DNA from: an uncultured Actinomycetes bacterium
Lineage (GTDB): Bacteria > Actinomycetota > Geothermincolia > Fen-727 > JACVIW01
Assembly (NCBI GenBank): GCA_937127245.1
Contig: CAKZLU010000041.1
Coordinates: forward strand, 9,824 to 73,823
Reading direction: 5' to 3'
DNA: 64,000 nucleotides
In this document: in pieces, positions 28,217 through 34,941 of the stretch
Numbering within the stretch: the first letter of the stretch is position 1
How the letters are laid out: every line of letters starts with the position of its first letter
The notes under the pieces: generated by a model
Seen by the model: only the letters and a program-made list of their open reading frames with translations
What the model was told of the DNA's origin: nothing
Databases searched by the model: none
Translations under genes and position numbers: made by a program

Positions 28217-29329
28217 ATGCTTCACGAGTTTGGCAAGGTGGCGGTTATCGGTACCGGAATGATGGGCGGCTCCTTCGCCCTTGCGCTAAAAGCCGAAAGG
28301 CTTGCCGAGCACGTCTCCTGCTATGACATCTCCCCCCAGACAAGACAAAAAGCGTTGGAGCTCCAGGTAGCCGACGAGGTTTGTGAAAACCCTGTAGAAG
28401 CTGCGGCTGACTGCGACCTTCTGGTCATCGCAACACCTGTGGGTTCAGTTGTGAGCGTTTTCCGCGAGATTCGAGACTCGCTGAAAGATGGAGTGGTGGT
28501 AACGGATATTGGCTCGGCGAAAGTGAAGCTCGTAACCGAGATGGAAAAACTTTGTACAGAAAAAATACATTATATCGGGGGACACCCGATGACGGGCTCC
28601 GAGCAATCGGGGGTCGAATCCGCTAGGCCCGATCTGTACAAAGACTCATACTACATTCTCACTCCAACGGAAAGAACCCACACCGACTCTTTTCGGAGAC
28701 TACATGCGTTGCTGACAAAAATGGGCGCGCGGGTTCTTTCGATGGACCCCGTATCTCACGACAGAGCAATGGCTACCATAAGCCACGTTCCGCATCTAAT
28801 TTCCCTTCTGCTCATGGATATGGCGGCCGACGAGCGGAAATCCATGGAGAACCTATTCACGATTGTAGCGGGCGGATTTAGGGATATGACGAGAATAGCA
28901 GCGAGCAAGCCTGAGTTGTGGATAGATATCTGCATGGCCAACAGGGATTTCATTATTAAAAGGCTTGAGGACTACTCTTCAAGGATATTAGATTTAGTGA
29001 GAATTCTTGAGGAAGAAGATTACGAGTCGCTGAGAGAAAAATTCGAGAAAGCGAGAAAGTCGCGTATTGAAATCTCAATCAAGGCAGGTCGGGAGATATC
29101 CGATTTATATGAGGTTTCCATTCCCGTTCCGGATAGGCCGGGCGTGATAAGCGGTGTGACAACAGCGGTCGGAAGCGCCGGGGTGAACATAGAGGATATC
29201 TCAATCGCTCACCCTCTACTGGGGGAGACTGGGATATTAACGCTTAAGATATTGGGCGAAGAGAACGCGAAAAAAGCTGCTCGTCAGATAGAGGTGCTCG
29301 GGTTTATCCCCACTGTTCGTAAGTCATAA
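28217..29329 (+). CDS. tyrA: Prephenate/arogenate dehydrogenase with C-terminal ACT domain
   Basis: GTGMMGGS, DIGSAK, GGHPMTGSE, HD....SHVPH, GFRDMTRIA, ACT (VPDRPGVI). Confidence 0.92.
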   Translation: MLHEFGKVAVIGTGMMGGSFALALKAERLAEHVSCYDISPQTRQKALELQVADEVCENPVEAAADCDLLVIATPVGSVVSVFREIRDSLKDGVVVTDIGSAKVKLVTEMEKLCTEKIHYIGGHPMTGSEQSGVESARPDLYKDSYYILTPTERTHTDSFRRLHALLTKMGARVLSMDPVSHDRAMATISHVPHLISLLLMDMAADERKSMENLFTIVAGGFRDMTRIAASKPELWIDICMANRDFIIKRLEDYSSRILDLVRILEEEDYESLREKFEKARKSRIEISIKAGREISDLYEVSIPVPDRPGVISGVTTAVGSAGVNIEDISIAHPLLGETGILTLKILGEENAKKAARQIEVLGFIPTVRKS

Positions 29330-29473
29330 GCGCGTGCAGAATCTCAGATTCCGCGGGCTCTAACGTGGTTGTGTTTCAGATTACCGCGGCTTTATGCTCT
29401 TTAAAAGCCGGACACTTGCGTTTCTTGTTAAAAAAGATAAAACCAAGCATTTTTAACGGAAGCAGGGGAAAAT

Positions 29474-30772
29474 ATGAAATGCTATGTCAGAAACGTCGAA
29501 TCTCTCAGCGGCAAGGTTACTGTGCCTTTCGATAAGTCAATCTCACATCGGGCCGCGATCCTTTCAGCTTTGAGCGAAGGGAAGTGCATAGTGCGCGGTT
29601 ACAGCCAGTCACAAGATTGCGCGAGCACGCTCAGATGCATTCAGAAACTCGGCGTTAAAGTGTACAGTAAAGATGAAACCCTCGAAATTGTTGGTGCGGG
29701 TGCCAAAGGATTTTCAGCAAAAGGCATAACCCTCGATGCGGGGAACTCCGCAACTACAATGAGGCTTCTGTCGGGCGCCCTTGCTTCTATGGAAGGGGTC
29801 GAAATTACTTTTACCGGTGATGAAAGTCTTCTTCGTCGCCCAATGATGAGGATCATAGAACCGCTCAATTTGATGGGCGCGAAGATAATCGCATCGGGTG
29901 ATTCGGGTATCCCTCCGTTGAAGGTCAAAGGAGCGAAGCTTAAAGGAATAGATTATAGCCCCCCGGTCGCGAGCGCTCAAGTGAAATCAGCGATACTGAT
30001 TGCTGGTTTGAGGGCGGAGGGCAAAACTGTCGTCAGGGAGAAGGTGAAGACCAGGGACCATACCGAAAGAATGCTTCGGCATATGGGTGCAAAAATCATT
30101 GTCGATGGAAACAAGGTCACTGTAGAACCTTCTGTGTTGAAACCCGCAGAAATTGAGGTTCCTGGGGATTTTTCATCGGCCGCTTTTTTCATCTCTGCAG
30201 CGCTTATCACGCCCGGGTCTGAAATTGAGATATCTGACGTTGGACTTAACCCCACAAGGACCGGATTTCTCTCGCTTGTGGAGAGAATGAACGGAAGATG
30301 TACTTTGGAAATCTCTAATCCTGAGTATTTTGAGCCTACGGGCAGTATAAAAGCGTCGCACTCAAACTTGAAAGCTGTCGAAATAGGACCTGAGGATGTC
30401 GCAAAATCGATTGACGAGATACCACTTCTCGCGTTGCTTGCTTCTCAGGCAGAGGGTACAACAAGAATATGGGGAGCCGGCGAACTCAGACACAAGGAGT
30501 CAGACAGAATCAGCGTTACTGTGGAAGGGCTCAAGCGGATGGGGGCTCGAATCGAGGAGACCCCGGATGGAATGCTGATCCGGGGACCATCCAAGCTTAA
30601 CGGATGCGAGGTTTTCCCGCATAAAGACCACAGGCTTGCTATGATGTTTGCGGTGGCCGCTCTGGTGGCAAAAGGGACAACAGTCATAAATGACTGGGAG
30701 TGGACACGGGTTTCATTTCCGGATTTCGAATCCAGATTTTCCCCGCTGGGAGTTGAGGTGGAGACACTTTGA
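29474..30772 (+). CDS. aroA: EPSP synthase (3-phosphoshikimate 1-carboxyvinyltransferase)
   Basis: DKSISHR, GNSATTMRL, SAQVKSA, RDHTERML, ELRHKESDRI, DHRLAM. Confidence 0.97.
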   Translation: MKCYVRNVESLSGKVTVPFDKSISHRAAILSALSEGKCIVRGYSQSQDCASTLRCIQKLGVKVYSKDETLEIVGAGAKGFSAKGITLDAGNSATTMRLLSGALASMEGVEITFTGDESLLRRPMMRIIEPLNLMGAKIIASGDSGIPPLKVKGAKLKGIDYSPPVASAQVKSAILIAGLRAEGKTVVREKVKTRDHTERMLRHMGAKIIVDGNKVTVEPSVLKPAEIEVPGDFSSAAFFISAALITPGSEIEISDVGLNPTRTGFLSLVERMNGRCTLEISNPEYFEPTGSIKASHSNLKAVEIGPEDVAKSIDEIPLLALLASQAEGTTRIWGAGELRHKESDRISVTVEGLKRMGARIEETPDGMLIRGPSKLNGCEVFPHKDHRLAMMFAVAALVAKGTTVINDWEWTRVSFPDFESRFSPLGVEVETL

Positions 30773-31455
30773 GTAAGGGGTTTGTCATAACCATAGATGG
30801 TCCGGCGGCATCTGGAAAAAGTACGGTCGCGCGGCGTCTTGCATACGAGATGGGATTGCAGCTTTTGGACAGCGGCGCGATGTACAGGGCGGTGACGCTC
30901 CTTACTTTGGAGCGAGGAATTGGCATATCAGAGATAGAAAAACTCGCGTCCGTCGCCGAGCTGATTGGCAACAATTTAAGAATAGTAATGGAAAAAGGGG
31001 ACCGCGTGAGAATACTTTTCGGCTCAAGAGACATCACCGAAGAAATCAGAAGCGCCGATGTTGGGAAGTTCGTATCACCTGTCTCTGCCGTTCCGGAAGT
31101 GAGAGCCCAGATGGTCAGGGCACAGCGTAATATGGCTTTAGCTGGGGGAGTAGTTGCTGAGGGTCGGGATATGGGTTCAACCGTCTTTCCGGATGCGTGC
31201 GTGAAAATATTCTTGGACGCACTGAAGCAAGAAAGGGTCCGGAGAAGATACATTGAGCTTATAGAGAAAAGCAAAGATGTAACGATTGAGGAGGTCGAGA
31301 AAGAAATTGAGATGAGAGACTCAATCGACTCCTCGAGAAGCGCAAGTCCTTTGAGAATACCCGATGGCGCGATAATCATAGATACGACGAACATGACAGT
31401 AGAAGAGGTGATATCCTCGATAAAGCAAATATGTGCTAACAAAGGCTGCGGATGA
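30769..31455 (+). CDS. cmk: Cytidylate kinase
   Basis: IDGPAASGKST, DSGAMYR, EGRDMG..VFPDA, RD..DS.R..SPL. Confidence 0.96.
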   Translation: MSKGFVITIDGPAASGKSTVARRLAYEMGLQLLDSGAMYRAVTLLTLERGIGISEIEKLASVAELIGNNLRIVMEKGDRVRILFGSRDITEEIRSADVGKFVSPVSAVPEVRAQMVRAQRNMALAGGVVAEGRDMGSTVFPDACVKIFLDALKQERVRRRYIELIEKSKDVTIEEVEKEIEMRDSIDSSRSASPLRIPDGAIIIDTTNMTVEEVISSIKQICANKGCG

Positions 31456-31527
31456 GCAAAAAACCGCAGTTTTGATGCCTTACCTTGAGGCATTAAGGTT
31501 AAAATTGCGGAATTCCAAATTTTGTAC

Positions 31528-31556
31528 TTGAAAATCGTTTAATCTTATCGTATATT
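31528..31556 (+). promoter_or_regulatory. Sigma-A-type promoter of the trp leader
   Basis: TTGAAA (31528-33), 17 nt, TATATT (31551-56). Confidence 0.65.
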
Positions 31557-31566
31557 CTTTTTCACT

Positions 31567-31629
31567 ATGACCAAGAAATTGTTGGCAGGAAAGAAAATAC
31601 ACGATGTGTTCGGTTGGTGGTTCCCCTGA
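31567..31629 (+). CDS. trpL: Trp leader peptide MTKKLLAGKKIHDVFGWWFP (20 aa)
   Basis: ATG...GGT TGG TGG TTC CCC TGA; tandem Trp codons near the stop, upstream of trpB2, followed by attenuator hairpins. Confidence 0.85.
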   Translation: MTKKLLAGKKIHDVFGWWFP

Positions 31630-31699
31630 AGGGGGTTCCACAGGCTTTTGTTTTTTAAAGGCCGTGGGGCTCCTTAAAAGGATCGTCTGCGGCCTTTTT
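31617..31699 (+). promoter_or_regulatory. Ribosome-mediated transcription attenuator (pause, antiterminator and terminator hairpins)
   Basis: 1:2 GTGG..CCCC-TGAA-GGGG..CCAC; 2:3 CCACAGGCTTTT/AAAGGCCGTGG; 3:4 AAAGGCCGTGG/CTGCGGCCTTT followed by a U-tract. Confidence 0.8.
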
Positions 31700-31706
31700 A
31701 TATAAG

Positions 31707-31731
31707 AAGACCCGGTCGCGGACCGGGTCTT
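31707..31731 (+). other. Perfect 11-bp hairpin in the trpB2 leader
   Basis: AAGACCCGGTC-GCG-GACCGGGTCTT. Confidence 0.7.
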
Positions 31732-31756
31732 TAGTTTAATAAAGGACAAGGAAAGG

Positions 31757-33076
31757 GTGATGGAAATGGCAGAGACGAGAGTCCCAACCAGAGTAATCCT
31801 CGAGGAGAAGGAGATGCCGGAGGCGTGGTACAACATTTGCGCGGATCTACCAGTACCTCTTCCGCCGCCCCTACATCCAGCCACAAAGGAGCCGTGCCGT
31901 CCCGAAGACCTTGCCCCGCTGTTTCCCATGGCGCTCATTGAGCAGGAGGTGAGCACTGAGAGGTTTATCGAGATTCCGGAAGAGGTAAAAGCGGTTTATC
32001 GGCTTTACCGACCCACGCCTCTTCAAAGAGCGCTAAGACTTGAGAAGGCTCTGGAGACTCCGGCCAAAATCTTCTACAAAAACGAGGCACTAAGCCCTGC
32101 CGGAAGTCATAAACCAAACACAGCGATAGCTCAGGCTTACTTCAACAAAAAAGAAGGCGTCAAGAAACTCACCACGGAAACCGGCGCGGGGCAATGGGGA
32201 AGCGCCCTTGCTCTCGGATGCAAGCTCTTCGGCCTGGAACTTGACGTATTCATGGTGAAAGTCAGCTACCATCAAAAGCCTTACAGAAGAACACTCATGG
32301 AGACGTGGGGAGCAAACGTTTACGCAAGTCCGACTGACAGAACTGAAGCAGGACGCGCGGTTCTAAGAGATGATCCCGATAGCCCTGGTAGTTTGGGGAT
32401 AGCTATCAGCGAGGCTGTCGAAGCCGCGATGGGGCGTGAGGATACGAAGTATTCGCTCGGAAGCGTTCTCAATCACGTTTGTCTGCACCAAACAATCGTC
32501 GGTCTTGAGGCAAATAAGCAGATGGAGAAGATAGGAGAATACCCTGATATAATCATAGGCTGCGTTGGCGGCGGAAGTAATTTCTCCGGAATCGTTTTCC
32601 CCTTCATGGCTGACAAGTTCGGCGGCAAGGATTTGAGGGCGATCGCGGTCGAGCCCGTTTCCTGTCCCACTCTCACGGAAGGGAAGTATGAGTACGATTT
32701 CGGAGATCAGGCTGAAACCACTCCGCTCATAAAGATGTACACTCTCGGTCACAAGTTCATTCCTTCGCCCATTCACGCGGGTGGGTTGCGCTATCATGGG
32801 GATGCCCCGATTCTTTCCCTTCTCGTTAAGGAGGGATATATCGAGGCGGTCGCTTACCCGCAGACCAAAATATTCGAGGCTGCCGTTCAGTTTGCGCGGA
32901 TAGAAGGTTTGGTGGTGGCGCCTGAGACTGCTCACGCGGTCAAGTGTGCGATTGACGAGGCGATAAAGTGCCGTGAATCGGGTGAAAGCAAGACTATTTT
33001 GTTCAACTTGAGCGGCCACGGATTGCTTGACCTTGGCGGTTATCAGGAGTTTCTTGACGGAAAATTGATTGACTGA
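31757..33076 (+). CDS. trpB2: Tryptophan synthase beta chain, TrpB2 type (stand-alone)
   Basis: [25 protein letters not shown] (PLP Lys), [41 protein letters not shown]. Confidence 0.95.
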   Translation: MMEMAETRVPTRVILEEKEMPEAWYNICADLPVPLPPPLHPATKEPCRPEDLAPLFPMALIEQEVSTERFIEIPEEVKAVYRLYRPTPLQRALRLEKALETPAKIFYKNEALSPAGSHKPNTAIAQAYFNKKEGVKKLTTETGAGQWGSALALGCKLFGLELDVFMVKVSYHQKPYRRTLMETWGANVYASPTDRTEAGRAVLRDDPDSPGSLGIAISEAVEAAMGREDTKYSLGSVLNHVCLHQTIVGLEANKQMEKIGEYPDIIIGCVGGGSNFSGIVFPFMADKFGGKDLRAIAVEPVSCPTLTEGKYEYDFGDQAETTPLIKMYTLGHKFIPSPIHAGGLRYHGDAPILSLLVKEGYIEAVAYPQTKIFEAAVQFARIEGLVVAPETAHAVKCAIDEAIKCRESGESKTILFNLSGHGLLDLGGYQEFLDGKLID

Positions 33077-33104
33077 TAATCAGAATAATCCATAGAGCCT
33101 TAAC

Positions 33105-33150
33105 TCGGCACCCGACGCTTATATTTGCGCGCCCGGGTGCCGATATTTAT
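33105..33150 (+). terminator. Probable intrinsic terminator after trpB2
   Basis: TCGGCACCCG (33105-14) / CGGGTGCCGA (33134-43), then TATTTAT. Confidence 0.55.
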
Positions 33151-33266
33151 ATTGAATGACTTGTGCCATCGCTCGTTTTTGACTGATTTGAAAAGCGGGC
33201 TTGGATAATGATTTCTTTTCGTCATAGCTATCGGTTAAAATTAATGTATACGGCAAAGAGAAACGT

Positions 33267-34028
33267 ATGAAACGTTGCCCTAATTGCGATGCAGAAAATT
33301 CAGACGATGCGACTTTTTGCAATCTGTGTTTGAGCGTTCTTGGATTTGAAAGCCCTGAATACGCAATTGTGGATAAAGGAAACGAGGGTTTTCTCACCGA
33401 GTACCCCTCAAGCTTCAAGATCGAGGCCGCACCGAATAAGCAACCTCAAACGAGAGCCCCATCGGAGGCTTACCATTTGGGGGGGTGGTCTCCATCTGAA
33501 TTTCATCCTCACGGAAATTTGAGGCCCCGTGGTCTGGCGGTAAGTTCGCCTGATGGTGCGCTCGCTTCCAAGACTATCTCGCAAGGTCGCTACGTGCCGA
33601 GAATCAGTGCTGAAAAGGTAATCCGCGATTGTGCGATCACCGCCCTTATCGCGACTGCGGTGTCAGTATTACTTGAATGGGTATTTTCCGCTTTGGGCTT
33701 TGGTGCTCTTCTGCGAGGTGAAATAACGCTCTCTCGTGTTTATTATCTTATTCCATTGATAATACCCGCTTTTGTATGCGGTTACGTTTCAGGCTACAGG
33801 ATTGAAAGATACGGTTGGCTATTCGGTGCCGTCACTGTTCTCATATGGTCATTGGTCTTCAGGCCTCTTGTTTATGGTGTTATAAGATGGATGGTCACAG
33901 GCGGTTTTGACATTATGGTTTCACTGTCCACAGCGAACCTCGTTCTCATAATCTGTTTGTTTTTGCCCACAGGCATTATAGCTGGTTGGCTCGGAGAGAA
34001 GAGAGCCACCACGGGTTTGGGTTTGTAA
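33267..34028 (+). CDS. Zinc-ribbon plus four-TM membrane protein, function unknown
   Basis: N-terminal CPNC-x10-CNLC, low-complexity linker, four hydrophobic helices. Confidence 0.75.
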   Translation: MKRCPNCDAENSDDATFCNLCLSVLGFESPEYAIVDKGNEGFLTEYPSSFKIEAAPNKQPQTRAPSEAYHLGGWSPSEFHPHGNLRPRGLAVSSPDGALASKTISQGRYVPRISAEKVIRDCAITALIATAVSVLLEWVFSALGFGALLRGEITLSRVYYLIPLIIPAFVCGYVSGYRIERYGWLFGAVTVLIWSLVFRPLVYGVIRWMVTGGFDIMVSLSTANLVLIICLFLPTGIIAGWLGEKRATTGLGL

Positions 34029-34123
34029 GAGAGTTTCATAACCCTAAGGGAATCATCCAAATCCTATTGTTCGTCCATTTCTGTTAGAATTCATCCCTGG
34101 TATCTTCTTCCCGGAGGTAAGAA

Positions 34124-34387
34124 ATGCTTAGGATCCTTTCGATAGCTTTATTCTTTGCAAGAGAACCTCTCGTTCCATGGAGCAGCAAACTCACCTATGT
34201 GATGTTTGCCGGTCTGCTTATTGCCGTAATTTCGGGGACCTGGACAGGGGCTGTTGCGGCTCGCAAGAAGAGAAATTACCAGGCGTGGTTCATAATAGGT
34301 TTCTTCTTACCGATTATCGGTATACTAATAATCCAAGCGCTTCCAGCCTTGTCAGGAGAAAATGAAAAGAAGCAGAAAACGGACTGA
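34124..34387 (+). CDS. Small membrane protein
   Basis: SD GGAGG; A..K.R....WF..GF.L..IG pattern typical of small 2-3 TM proteins. Confidence 0.7.
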   Translation: MLRILSIALFFAREPLVPWSSKLTYVMFAGLLIAVISGTWTGAVAARKKRNYQAWFIIGFFLPIIGILIIQALPALSGENEKKQKTD

Positions 34388-34469
34388 CTTCGCCACTCTG
34401 AACACGCCTGGGAGTTTCAGGTCTGCGGATGGTTTGCCCAAGAGAATAAAAGCAAAAGGCTCAGGTCTT

Positions 34470-34557
34470 TGGTGCCGAAGGCCGGATTCGAACCGGCACG
34501 GGGTTTTTCCCCACTGGTTTTTGAGACCAGCGCGTCTACCCATTCCGCCACTTCGGC
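34470..34557 (-). tRNA. tRNA-Leu (anticodon CAA)
   Basis: Minus strand GCCGAAGTGGCGGAATGGGTAGACGCG-CTGGT-CTCAAAA-ACCAG-long variable arm-GCCGGTTCGAATCCGGC-CTTCGGCACCA; CCA encoded. Confidence 0.96.
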
Positions 34558-34588
34558 TTAAGCGGTGGTATGTTTTTATCTGATGAAA

Positions 34589-34618
34589 ATTATACCAACG
34601 GCTGTGAATAAGTGTGAA
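34589..34618 (-). promoter_or_regulatory. tRNA-Leu promoter
   Basis: Minus strand TTCACA-18 nt-TATAAT with TG extension. Confidence 0.6.
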
Positions 34619-34621
34619 TAA
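34603..34621. promoter_or_regulatory. Two tandem DnaA-box-like 9-mers
   Basis: TGTGAATAA at 34603-11 and 34613-21 (reverse complement TTATTCACA fits TTWTNCACA). Confidence 0.5.
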
Positions 34622-34941
34622 TCATGAGTGCCGCTTTCCATTTTTATTTTCCGATCGCATGTTGGCAACCTTTATCCGTTTTTGCGCTCAAATAAGGGTT
34701 ATATTTTATTATTGAAAAATGAGAGGCTTTCGCGGACATGTTCTAATTGTCAATCCAAAAAAGCGGTCCCGCATGAGACGATGTGCGGGCAACGGATTGT
34801 TCGGGACGCGCTTTGGGATCGACCTTTTGTTTGCTCGAAATCTCTGACCGTGATGCGACAGGCTGGATTTCAAAACGGCTGATAATTTTCATCGACTCGC
34901 ATATTTACAAAAACGTTGATTTTGAAAGGGTGAACGTTTAA

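Noticed and set aside
33136-33143. GGTGCCGA matching the tRNA-Leu 3' end as a possible att site
   Set aside because: Only 8 bp, part of the trpB2 terminator stem, and no integrase nearby
34352-34583. Two short ORFs on opposite strands (34352-34543, 34362-34583)
   Set aside because: They overlap the tRNA-Leu gene and are translations of it
34628-34882. 84-aa ORF between tRNA-Leu and polA
   Set aside because: No SD, no motif, AT-rich promoter-like region; not supported as a gene
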